A stretch of 43,164 bases of DNA from Anaerolineales bacterium (lineage in GTDB: Bacteria; Chloroflexota; Anaerolineae; Anaerolineales; DRMV01): NCBI GenBank assembly GCA_027019065.1, contig JALUXH010000192.1:1-43164 (forward strand), read 5' to 3'. The position numbers were made by a program, and so were the translations under genes. Below, one piece after another: positions 16,377-24,176 of this stretch (position 1 is its first letter; each line of letters starts with the position of its first letter). The notes beneath the pieces were generated by a model, which was not told the DNA's origin, did no database searches, and saw only the letters and a program-made list of their open reading frames with translations.

Positions 16377-17437
16377 CCACACTCATCTACGATCTCGGCC
16401 TTGAAGCCCTGCAAACATGGGCCCAAAACCGCGGCCAGCCGGCGTACCGTGCCCGCCAAATCTGGGAAGGCCTGTACCGGCACTTGTGGGCTTCCCCTGA
16501 AGCCTTCACAACCCTGCCCAAACGCCTGCGCACCGCCCTGGCCGAAGATTTCACCTTTGAAGCCTTTCAACCGGCCGCCACGCTGGTTTCGGCCGACGGC
16601 GAAACCCACAAAACCCTCTTCCGCCTGCCCGACGGCGCGCAAATTGAAACCGTGCGGATGCGCTACGTGCGGCGGCGCACATTGTGCATCTCTACGCAGG
16701 CAGGGTGCGCCATGGGCTGCGCTTTTTGTGCTACCGGTCAGATGGGCCTGCGGCGCAACCTGACGGCAGGAGAAATCGTTGCCCAGGTGCTGTATTACGC
16801 CCGCTGGTTAAAACAGCGCGGCGAGCGTGTTACCCATATTGTTTTCATGGGCATGGGTGAACCTTTCCACAACTACGAGGCTACCCTGCGCGCCATTGAT
16901 ATCCTCAACCACCCTCAAGGCTTTGCGTTGGGGGCGCGGCGCATGACGATTTCCACCGTAGGGCTCGTGCCGCAAATCCGCCGCTTTACCGAAGAAAAAC
17001 GGCAGGTCAATCTGGCCATTTCCCTTCATGCCGCCGACGACGACCTGCGCTCTTCCCTCATCCCCGTCAACCGAAAATACCCCCTTGCCGATTTGCTTGC
17101 CGCCGTACGCGCTTACACGGCAGCCACTCATCGGAGGGTTACTTTTGAATGGGCGCTCATTCGCGGCGTTAACGACACCGAAACTCAGGCCCGCCGCCTG
17201 GCAGCCCTGCTTCAAGGCATGCTGGCCCATGTGAACCTGATTCCCCTTAATCCCACCCGCGGCTTTCAGGGGGAAGCCAGCAGCCGGCAGCGGGCGCGCG
17301 CTTTCTGTAAAGTGCTGACCGCCGCGGGCATTCCCTGCACAGTGAGGCTGCGCCGCGGCATTGATATCCAGGCCGGATGCGGTCAACTGGCGGCGCGGGA
17401 AAGCGGCGCACCGGATTTTGTGCTAAAATCGGCATAG
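16373..17437 (+). CDS. rlmN: 23S rRNA/tRNA (adenine-C2)-methyltransferase, radical SAM
   Basis: 354-aa ORF with CAMGCAFCATG (CxxxCxxC), GMGEP and the C-terminal GIDIQAGCGQL motif. It has a 4-nt ATGA overlap with the upstream gene. Confidence 0.93.
   Translation: MTTLIYDLGLEALQTWAQNRGQPAYRARQIWEGLYRHLWASPEAFTTLPKRLRTALAEDFTFEAFQPAATLVSADGETHKTLFRLPDGAQIETVRMRYVRRRTLCISTQAGCAMGCAFCATGQMGLRRNLTAGEIVAQVLYYARWLKQRGERVTHIVFMGMGEPFHNYEATLRAIDILNHPQGFALGARRMTISTVGLVPQIRRFTEEKRQVNLAISLHAADDDLRSSLIPVNRKYPLADLLAAVRAYTAATHRRVTFEWALIRGVNDTETQARRLAALLQGMLAHVNLIPLNPTRGFQGEASSRQRARAFCKVLTAAGIPCTVRLRRGIDIQAGCGQLAARESGAPDFVLKSA
17421..17429 (+). promoter_or_regulatory. Extended -10 promoter element (TGCTAAAAT) inside the 3' end of rlmN, for the NIL-domain gene
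   Basis: A TGnTAAAAT match about 42 nt upstream of ATG 17471, which has a GGAGG RBS. Confidence 0.4.
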
Positions 17438-17470
17438 CACGGCCACTGCTCAAAGGCAAAGGAGGCTGCC

Positions 17471-17704
17471 ATGAAAGAGGCGCTTGTTCGGCTGGTGTAT
17501 CCGCCCGACCTGCTGCGCGTGCCGGTGCTCAATCAGCTCATCCAGCGATTTGACCTCACGGTGAACATTTTGCGGGCCCAGGTAGGGGCCGAAGCCGGAT
17601 GGATTGAGTTGCAAATTGGCGGGAAAGAGGAAACCGTAGATGACGCCCTGAACTGGCTCCGAGAGCGGGGAATTTACGTCCAATCCATTGACGACGAAGC
17701 CTGA
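17471..17704 (+). CDS. Stand-alone NIL-domain protein
   Basis: 77-aa ORF. It resembles the NIL domain found at the C-terminus of MetN-type ABC ATPases (PVLNQLIQRFDLTVNILRAQV...GWIELQIGG). It has a strong RBS. Confidence 0.65.
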   Translation: MKEALVRLVYPPDLLRVPVLNQLIQRFDLTVNILRAQVGAEAGWIELQIGGKEETVDDALNWLRERGIYVQSIDDEA

Positions 17705-17705
17705 C

Positions 17706-17735
17706 AGCACACCACGATTCGGTGTGCTTTTGTAA
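17706..17735 (+). terminator. Rho-independent terminator after the NIL gene
   Basis: An 8-bp stem agcacacc/ggtgtgct with a 7-nt loop, followed by ttttgtaat. Confidence 0.65.
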
Positions 17736-17834
17736 TGACCCTCCCGGATCGCGGCGGTGCCAAAAGAACACACCGGGTGAACCCATGCCCGAAGTGGCCA
17801 TCCCCACGAGTTGGGTAGGTCATGGTGAATCGGC

Positions 17835-18039
17835 GTAATTACCTACGTGGTGGCAAAACGCCTCTGGCGGCAGTTTTTCTTTGGCGTGCGGCGACGAGTC
17901 GCCGCTTTCCAAAGCGGTGCCCAGGCACCGCACTCCAAAAAGCGCTGGCAAAGAGAAATATTCTCCGTGTCCTCTGTGTTCTCTGTGGAAGCATTGACGG
18001 GCACAGGGCCATCCGCAGTGCTTCGGGGTAGGTAATTAC
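17835..18039. mobile_element. MITE-like non-autonomous element (subtype X-S), 205 bp, perfect 12-bp terminal inverted repeats and 8-bp target-site duplication
   Basis: The TIRs are gtaattacctac (17835-17846) and gtaggtaattac (18028-18039). The direct repeat gaatcggc is present immediately on both sides (17827-17834 and 18040-18047). There is no coding capacity. The internal 120 bp recur in reverse orientation at 29493-29608. Confidence 0.8.
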
Positions 18040-18073
18040 GAATCGGCAATGATTTCCTGCTGGCGGCTTTTTG

Positions 18074-18082
18074 TGGTAAAGT
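18074..18082 (+). promoter_or_regulatory. Extended -10 promoter element (TGGTAAAGT) upstream of radC
   Basis: A TGnTAAAGT match 18 nt upstream of the ATG, with an AGGAG RBS at 18089-18093. Confidence 0.4.
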
Positions 18083-18099
18083 AAAAGCAGGAGCACGCG

Positions 18100-18777
18100 A
18101 TGTACACCATTCGGGAATGGGCAAAAGACGAGCGGCCGCGAGAGCGGTTGGAGCACCTGGGGGCACAAAGCCTGAGCACGGCCGAATTGGTGGCCATTCT
18201 TTTGCGGGTGGGGCGGGAAGGTGAAACCGCGGTGGACCTGGCACGCCGCTTGTTGCAGCAATTTAACGGCCTGGCGGGCGTGCAGCGGGCTTCTTTTGAT
18301 GACCTGCGCGCCGTGCGCGGCGTGGGCCCGGCAAAAGCAGCGCAAATCAAGGCCGCGTTGGAACTCGGCCGTCGTTTGCAATTGACCCGCCTCGGCGAGC
18401 GCCCCCGCATCGCTTCCCCAGAAGACGCCGCAGCGCTGCTGCTTTACGAAATGAGCGGCCTGGAACAGGAGCACCTGCGGGCTTTGCTTCTGGATACCCG
18501 CCATCAGGTGCTCAAAATGCACGATGTCGTGCGCGGCTCGGTCAACAGCGCCCAGGTGCGCATCGCAGAAATTTTCCGCGAAGCGGTGCGCGTGAATGCC
18601 GTGGCGCTCATTTTGGCGCACAATCACCCCAGCGGCGACCCCGCGCCCAGCCCCGATGACATTGCTCTCACCCGCCAGGCGCAGGAAGCCGGACGCCTGC
18701 TTGATATTGCCGTGCTGGACCACCTCGTCATTGCCGACAACCGCTTTGTGTCTCTCAAGGCGCGCGGGATGTTTTGA
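18100..18777 (+). CDS. radC: RadC-family JAB-domain protein
   Basis: 225-aa ORF with an N-terminal HhH region (RAVRGVGPAKAAQIKAALELGRR) and the C-terminal JAMM-like motif AHNHPSGDPAPSPDD. Confidence 0.9.
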   Translation: MYTIREWAKDERPRERLEHLGAQSLSTAELVAILLRVGREGETAVDLARRLLQQFNGLAGVQRASFDDLRAVRGVGPAKAAQIKAALELGRRLQLTRLGERPRIASPEDAAALLLYEMSGLEQEHLRALLLDTRHQVLKMHDVVRGSVNSAQVRIAEIFREAVRVNAVALILAHNHPSGDPAPSPDDIALTRQAQEAGRLLDIAVLDHLVIADNRFVSLKARGMF

Positions 18778-18791
18778 GCCGCAGGAGGTCG

Positions 18792-18943
18792 CTGTTCAGC
18801 TTGCGCTCTTTGCCCCCCTCTGCGCCTCGGCGTTTCTCTTTCGCGGCGGCTTTGGCGTTTTGGGTGTAGGGTAGGATGCAGGCCTTGTAGGCGGAACGGC
18901 GTCCCGCCCTGCATTGCCGGTTACGGGCAGGCTGAAGAGTTAC
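18792..18943. repeat. Intergenic mosaic repeat cluster F
   Basis: It contains ctgttcagc and a K'-like stretch (ttgcgctctttgcccccctctgcgcctcgg). It also has a segment whose reverse complement (ccggcaatgcagggcg) matches the Y-element core ctggcaatgcagggcg, and it ends in the motifs ggttac and gagttac. Confidence 0.6.
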
Positions 18944-18957
18944 GGCAGGAGGCTTTT

Positions 18958-20583
18958 ATGCAGGAACGCCAGATTATGCTTGTGCCGCGCGAACATTTTT
19001 GGGATTGGGTGAAAGCCGCCCGTCACTACGTCCTTACCTTTGGCACGACCATTACCCCCGACCCCCACAACGCCGGACGCTACATGGCGCCTCATCAAAC
19101 CATCACCATTGTGCTGCCGCCCGGCGGCTACCCCGCCCAGGGCGATATCCGCGCCTGGTTTGTGCAGCACTACCCCGGTGTGCGGTTGGATGTCATTGAG
19201 GTAAATACACCGGCCGCGCTGGAAAAAGTGCTCGCCCAGCGCATTGCCGCCCTTGACCGTTACGGCGATACCACCCGCCCTTTCCGCCTGCTCTGGCCGA
19301 CGGACTACGCCGTCATCACGCAACCCTTTGGAGCACATCCGGAAATCTACAGCCAGTGGGGGTTGCCGGGTCACGAAGGCATTGACTTCCGTGCCCCCAC
19401 CGGCACGAACGTTTACGCCGCGGCCGATGGCGTGGTCTACCGCGTGGAGCCGCAGCCGGTGGGGGCTTACGGGCGGCAGGTGCGCCTGCGCCATCGGGCG
19501 GGCTACCGAACCGTGTATGCCCATCTTGACGAAACGCTTGTGGCCGATGGCGATTTTGTCAAAGCCGGGCAAATCATCGGCAAGGCAGATAACACCGGCA
19601 ATTCCTACGGTTCGCACCTTCACCTGACCCTCAAACACGATGGCGCGACCGACCGCGGCGAGACCAGCTATCCCTATGACATCATTGACCCTACCCCGTT
19701 CCTCGTGTGGCCGGGCACCGAAGCGGCCATTCGGCAGGCGCAGTATGGCTGGGAACCCGGCCACGGCCTTGTGGGCGCGGCATGTCGTCCCGACGGCCGC
19801 CTGGACGAGGCCGATTTTGCCGTGGTCAAAAACGCCCGCCTGGAAGCCGTGCGTATCACTCAAGACACCCCCGACGAGGCCATCGCCCGCTTGCGGCAAA
19901 TCAACCCTAACATTTTCCTGCTGGCGCGTCTGACAGCCGACATGCAGGCTCGCAGGCTCACCGCAGCGGAATTTGCCGCGGCTTTGCGCCCCCACGTGGC
20001 CCGTTTCTATGCCCAGGGGCTGCGCTATTTTGAAATTCACTCCCAGCCCAACTTACATGCCAACGGGTGGATGCTTGCCTGGACCGATGGGGCTTCCTTT
20101 GGCGCCTGGTTCCTGGAAGTGCTGAACGCCTGGCGGCAGCAGTTCCCGCAGGCGAAGTTTGGCTTCCCGGCGCTTTCCCCCGGCGGCGATGTTCCCAACC
20201 AACGCTTTGCCGCCGCCCGTTTCCTTGACCAGGCCGACGAAGCCGCCATCGCCGCCGACTGGCTGGGCGCGGCGTGCTACTGGTCGCTGTTCGCGGCGAT
20301 GAACCGCCCGGAAGGCGGACGGTGCTATGAAACGCTGCGTTTGCGCTACCCTCACAAACTTCTCTTTATCACCGACTTTGCCAATGTCAACCGCGCCACC
20401 GCCGACGACGTCCGCGGCGACCAGTATGTTTCGTATTACCGCACCATTCGTGAACGGCCGGGCATCGGCGCGGCTTTTGCCGACTATCTGACGCCCGGCA
20501 ACGCCGCACCTTACCTCGGCTGGAGCGATGCCGATGGGCATATGAGCGTTGTCGTGACCAAAGTTGCCAATCGCGGCTGGTAA
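18958..20583 (+). CDS. Three-domain protein: unknown N-domain + M23 (LytM) metallopeptidase + C-terminal TIM-barrel-like domain; no signal peptide
   Basis: 541-aa ORF with an AGGAGG RBS. The M23 motifs are HEGIDF (H139, D143) and SHLHL (H220, H222). The C-terminal approximately 275 aa show alternating beta/alpha-type segments, with YFEIHSQPN and LLFITDFAN strands. Confidence 0.8.
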   Translation: MQERQIMLVPREHFWDWVKAARHYVLTFGTTITPDPHNAGRYMAPHQTITIVLPPGGYPAQGDIRAWFVQHYPGVRLDVIEVNTPAALEKVLAQRIAALDRYGDTTRPFRLLWPTDYAVITQPFGAHPEIYSQWGLPGHEGIDFRAPTGTNVYAAADGVVYRVEPQPVGAYGRQVRLRHRAGYRTVYAHLDETLVADGDFVKAGQIIGKADNTGNSYGSHLHLTLKHDGATDRGETSYPYDIIDPTPFLVWPGTEAAIRQAQYGWEPGHGLVGAACRPDGRLDEADFAVVKNARLEAVRITQDTPDEAIARLRQINPNIFLLARLTADMQARRLTAAEFAAALRPHVARFYAQGLRYFEIHSQPNLHANGWMLAWTDGASFGAWFLEVLNAWRQQFPQAKFGFPALSPGGDVPNQRFAAARFLDQADEAAIAADWLGAACYWSLFAAMNRPEGGRCYETLRLRYPHKLLFITDFANVNRATADDVRGDQYVSYYRTIRERPGIGAAFADYLTPGNAAPYLGWSDADGHMSVVVTKVANRGW

Positions 20584-20608
20584 GTCTTTGGTAGATGCGG
20601 AGGTGCTT

Positions 20609-21118
20609 ATGATTGAGTTCAACGGAAAACAATACGACAGCGTGGAAGCCATGCCGCCCGAAGAGCGCCGGGCATATGAGAAAGCCATGGAAATGTTGGC
20701 GAAAGTGAGGCAGGGCGCTTTAGACAACCTGCCGGCGGAAACGGGGCAACCCGAATCCGGACAGCAGCGGGTGGTCATCAGCCGGTCCACCATTGTGGTA
20801 GATGGCAAGACCTACCACAGCAAAGAGGACATGCCGCCGGAAGTGCGCCGGCGCTACGAAGACGCGTTGACGCAATGGCGCCGCCTGGCCGACGCGGCCG
20901 GCGACGAACCCCCCGCCGCTCCAGCAGTCGTCGGCGAGGAAGCCGGGCCCGGCGCTCTGCCGCCGGAGGCTTCGCCGCCCCTCGCGCCTGCGGCTTCCCC
21001 GGTGGTGCAAGAAGCGCACACCTCGGTGTCGGGCGTGCTGGTGGTCATCGGAGCCGCGGCGCTGGTGCTGCTGTTGCTCGTGGCCGCCGGGCTGGTGGGG
21101 CTGGCCGTGCTCCGCTGA
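20609..21118 (+). CDS. Tail-anchored membrane protein with a duplicated GKxYxSxExMPPExRRxYE motif
   Basis: 169-aa ORF with GGAGG-6nt-ATG at 20609. Repeat 1 is FNGKQYDSVEAMPPEERRAYEKA (aa 4-26) and repeat 2 is VDGKTYHSKEDMPPEVRRRYEDA (aa 64-86). An A/P-rich spacer and a C-terminal TM (VLVVIGAAALVLLLLVAAGLVGLAVL) follow. Confidence 0.6.
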   Translation: MIEFNGKQYDSVEAMPPEERRAYEKAMEMLAKVRQGALDNLPAETGQPESGQQRVVISRSTIVVDGKTYHSKEDMPPEVRRRYEDALTQWRRLADAAGDEPPAAPAVVGEEAGPGALPPEASPPLAPAASPVVQEAHTSVSGVLVVIGAAALVLLLLVAAGLVGLAVLR

Positions 21119-21186
21119 AGCGGGGCTTGTGCTCCCTGCCGGCGGCGTCAGCGGCGAAACCGTTTTTTTGCAGTGGAGGAGACCCC

Positions 21187-22107
21187 ATGCACATTGTCAT
21201 TGCAGGCGGCACGGGGCTGCTGGGGCGGGCGTTGATCGCTGCTTTGCGCCCCCAGGGGCACACTTTTACCGTGCTCACGCGCCGCCCCCAAGCGCGGTTG
21301 GGGGGCGTGCTGGAGCAGGTGCAGCGGGCGGCCTGGACGCCTTCTGACCCCAACGCCCTCGCCCGCCATATCCGAACGGCCGATGCAGTGGTTAACCTGA
21401 TGGGCGAGAACATTGCCGCCGGACGCTGGACTTCAGCCCGCAAGCGCGCACTGACCACCAGCCGGGTGGAAACCGGGCGGGTGCTGGCGGCGGCCATCCG
21501 TCTTGCCCAGCCGCGTCCTAAGGTGCTTTTGCAGGCTTCTGCCGTGGGCTATTACGGCGACCGCGGTGAGGCGTTGGTGGACGAAAACACCCCCGCAGGC
21601 GACGATTTCTTGGCCCGCCTGTGCGTTGAATGGGAAGCCAGCACCGCCTCGGTGGAAACCATGGGGGTGCGGCGGGTGGTGCTGCGCACGGGGGTGGTGC
21701 TGAGCCCGGAAGGCGGGGCTTTGCCCCGGTTGCTGCTGCCATTGCGGCTGGGCGTGGGCGGCCCCCTCGGCTCCGGCCGCCAATGGATGCCCTGGATTCA
21801 CATTGCCGACCATGCCGGGGCGATGGCTTTCCTGATGATGCACGAAAACGCTGCCGGTGTCTTTAACCTGGTCGCACCTACACCGGTCACCAATGCCGAC
21901 CTGACCCGCGCCCTCGCCAGGCGCCTGCGCCGCCCGGCTTTCTTCCGGGTGCCTGCTTTTGCCCTGCGCCTGCTTTTGGGCGAAATGAGCATGGTGCTCC
22001 TTGCCAGCCAGCGGGTGCTGCCCAACCGCCTGTTGGATGCCGGTTACGCGTTCCGGTTTCCTCTGCTGGATGTTGCCCTGGACGATTTGCTCACCTCGCA
22101 CGCCTGA
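21187..22107 (+). CDS. Epimerase-family SDR protein (YfcH/TIGR01777-like, NAD-binding Rossmann + DUF1731-type C-terminus)
   Basis: The ATG at 21187 is preceded by GGAGG. It has the N-terminal IAGGTGLLGRAL motif, and the GSGRQWMPWIH motif typical of this family. The upstream part of the ORF-track ORF (20875-) is Arg-rich shadow sequence. Confidence 0.85.
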   Translation: MHIVIAGGTGLLGRALIAALRPQGHTFTVLTRRPQARLGGVLEQVQRAAWTPSDPNALARHIRTADAVVNLMGENIAAGRWTSARKRALTTSRVETGRVLAAAIRLAQPRPKVLLQASAVGYYGDRGEALVDENTPAGDDFLARLCVEWEASTASVETMGVRRVVLRTGVVLSPEGGALPRLLLPLRLGVGGPLGSGRQWMPWIHIADHAGAMAFLMMHENAAGVFNLVAPTPVTNADLTRALARRLRRPAFFRVPAFALRLLLGEMSMVLLASQRVLPNRLLDAGYAFRFPLLDVALDDLLTSHA

Positions 22108-22130
22108 CCGCTTGACCGCCTGAGGTGTTT

Positions 22131-23516
22131 ATGCCTTTGCCCTCCTGGCTTCCCGATGCCGTTTTTTACCAGATTTTCCCCGACCGCTTTGCCAACGGAA
22201 ACCCCGCCAACGACCCGCCCAACGTTGCTCCGTGGGGCAGCCGCCCTACGCTTTGGAACTTCATGGGCGGCGACCTGCAGGGCATCATCCAGCACCTGGA
22301 TTACCTCCTTGACCTGGGCGTGAATGCCCTTTACCTCAACCCTGTTTTCCAGGCCACCAGCAACCACCGCTACAACATCACCGACTATTACCGCATTGAC
22401 CCCAAACTGGGCACGATGGCCGATTTCCGCGCCCTGTTGGAAGTCTGCCATGCCAACGGCATTCGGGTGGTGCTGGACGGCGTTTTTAACCATACCGGCC
22501 GCGGCTTTTTTGCCTTCAACGACATCCTGGAAAACGGCGAGCATTCCCCCTACAAGGACTGGTACATCATTCACCGCTTTCCCGTTCGGGCTTACGGCGC
22601 AGGGAAAGCCGAAGATTACGAGGCGTGGTGGGGCTTCCGCAGCCTGCCCAAGCTGAACACAGCCCACCCGGCGGTGCGGCGGTTTATCTTTGATGTGGCG
22701 CGCTACTGGGTGGCGCAGGGCATGGATGGCTGGCGGCTGGATGTGCCTAACGAAATTGATGATGATGCCTTCTGGCAGGAATTCCGCAGTGTGGTGAAGG
22801 CCGTCAACCCCGATGCCTGCCTGCTGGGGGAAATCTGGACGGCCGAAGCCCGCTGGGTGCAGCATTTTGACGGCCTGATGCATTACCCGCTGCGGGAAGC
22901 CATTTTGGGCTTTGTGGGCGGCGGCCTGGATGCCCCCGGCTTTGCTGCCCGATTGCAGGAATTCGTGGCGCTGTATGGCGAGCACGCCCGGGGCATGTAT
23001 TTGCCTTTGGGCTCCCACGATACCGAGCGGCTGATGACCGCCCTCGGCGGTGATGAAGCGCAAGTGCGGCTGGCGCTGGGTCTGCAATTTGCCTACCCAG
23101 GCGCGCCGGCGGTGTATTACGGTGATGAAATCGGGCTGGAAGGCGGCAAGGACCCGGACAACCGGCGCGCCTTCCCGTGGCAGGCCGACCGATGGCGCCA
23201 GGGGCTGCGCGCGTGGGTGCAGCGTCTGATTGCCGTGCGCAAACGCACCCCGGCGCTGCGCCGGGGCGATTTTCGCATCGTGCTGGCCAAACAGAGCCAG
23301 CATTGCGTGGCTTTTGCCCGCACGCTGGGTGCTGAAGCGGTCTTGGTGGCGGCCAATGCCTCGCCGGTGAAGCGGCATTGTCATTTGCCTGTGGCTTCCC
23401 TGGGCTGGGAAGACGGGCGTATCGTGCGCGAACTGCTGGGGGGCGGCGAAGGCGTGGTGGCAGGCGACACGCTGCACTGGGACCTGCCCCCGCGCGGGGT
23501 AGCCTGGCTGCGGTAA
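22131..23516 (+). CDS. GH13 alpha-amylase-family glycosidase (neopullulanase/cyclomaltodextrinase-like catalytic core)
   Basis: All four GH13 conserved regions are present: DGVFNHTG, GWRLDVPNE, LLGEIW and LGSHDTER. The N-terminal FYQIFPDRFANG motif is also present. Confidence 0.9.
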   Translation: MPLPSWLPDAVFYQIFPDRFANGNPANDPPNVAPWGSRPTLWNFMGGDLQGIIQHLDYLLDLGVNALYLNPVFQATSNHRYNITDYYRIDPKLGTMADFRALLEVCHANGIRVVLDGVFNHTGRGFFAFNDILENGEHSPYKDWYIIHRFPVRAYGAGKAEDYEAWWGFRSLPKLNTAHPAVRRFIFDVARYWVAQGMDGWRLDVPNEIDDDAFWQEFRSVVKAVNPDACLLGEIWTAEARWVQHFDGLMHYPLREAILGFVGGGLDAPGFAARLQEFVALYGEHARGMYLPLGSHDTERLMTALGGDEAQVRLALGLQFAYPGAPAVYYGDEIGLEGGKDPDNRRAFPWQADRWRQGLRAWVQRLIAVRKRTPALRRGDFRIVLAKQSQHCVAFARTLGAEAVLVAANASPVKRHCHLPVASLGWEDGRIVRELLGGGEGVVAGDTLHWDLPPRGVAWLR

Positions 23517-24038
23517 TCAGCGGGTGAGGCTCATTTCTTCTTTAAGCCGCCAACGCCGCGACCAGCGCGCAAGCACCATCCCCACGATGAGCACGAAAAT
23601 CAGCCCGCCGTGGACGGCCATTTCGCGCAACTGGAGGTTGACGACCTGCGGGGTTTGCTGCTCAATGGACATTTGAGCGCCGATGAGCAGAAGTTTCCGC
23701 ACGCTGGAAATGATGCCCACGAACAGAAACGGCTCCAGCGGCACGGTGTGTTCCCGCAAATAAGCCAGCACGGTCCACAACAGTTCCAGCACAATCATGA
23801 CCAGCAAAATGTCGTGAATGGCGCTCAGAACGGCTTGCTGGTAGATTGTGGGGGAGAACACGTCTTGAAAAGCCAGGGCGCTGTGGTAAAGGAGGACAAC
23901 CGCGATGCCTGCCAGCAGGAAACCGGCCACGTATTGGAGCAAATCATCCACCCTGGAAAGCCACCCCAACAGACGCCGATGCTCTCCGGGCGGGGAAGGC
24001 GGCACCGAGGATTCGCGGGATGATGAGGAAGCAGACAT
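23517..24038 (-). CDS. PsiE-family (phosphate-starvation-inducible E-like) membrane protein
   Basis: The internal ATG at 24038 is preceded by AAGGAG. The protein has four hydrophobic helices and an ILLVMIVLELLWTV...SSVRKLLLIG pattern. The longer ORF-track extension lacks coding character. Confidence 0.65.
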   Translation of the reverse strand: MSASSSSRESSVPPSPPGEHRRLLGWLSRVDDLLQYVAGFLLAGIAVVLLYHSALAFQDVFSPTIYQQAVLSAIHDILLVMIVLELLWTVLAYLREHTVPLEPFLFVGIISSVRKLLLIGAQMSIEQQTPQVVNLQLREMAVHGGLIFVLIVGMVLARWSRRWRLKEEMSLTR

Positions 24039-24176
24039 AGGCGTTCTCCTTGCCGGACGGCGGGAATGAGACAAACTGCGCCTGCCGTTGTCGCCGTTCT
24101 CGGTGCGGCGGCAGAGCACAGCGGTATTATACTTCTGCGGAAGAAGATTTTCCGTTTCCCCGGCGCCTGAACCCGC

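Noticed and set aside
18100-18777. RadC/JAB protein as part of a mobile or defence island, given the adjacent MITE
   Set aside because: It is a full-length canonical RadC with an N-terminal HhH region, its own promoter and an RBS. The MITE insertion upstream has a clean TSD and carries no cargo.
18958-21118. M23 fusion plus small membrane protein as a prophage endolysin/holin-like cassette
   Set aside because: No phage structural, terminase, integrase or att-like features lie nearby. The neighbours are housekeeping genes (radC, an SDR epimerase). The small protein is tail-anchored with a long soluble N-terminus, unlike typical holins.
21119-21186. T7 run (21165-21171) as a terminator after the tail-anchored protein gene
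   Set aside because: No stable GC-rich hairpin immediately precedes the T-tract. It more likely forms part of the spacer before the GGAGG RBS of the next gene.
24121-24135. TATTAT at 24125-24130 as the csp promoter, giving a roughly 155-nt cspA-like leader
   Set aside because: It has no -35 or TG extension. The downstream TTGACG-17-TGcTAAAGT promoter at 24177-24205 is far closer to consensus. An additional upstream promoter cannot be excluded.
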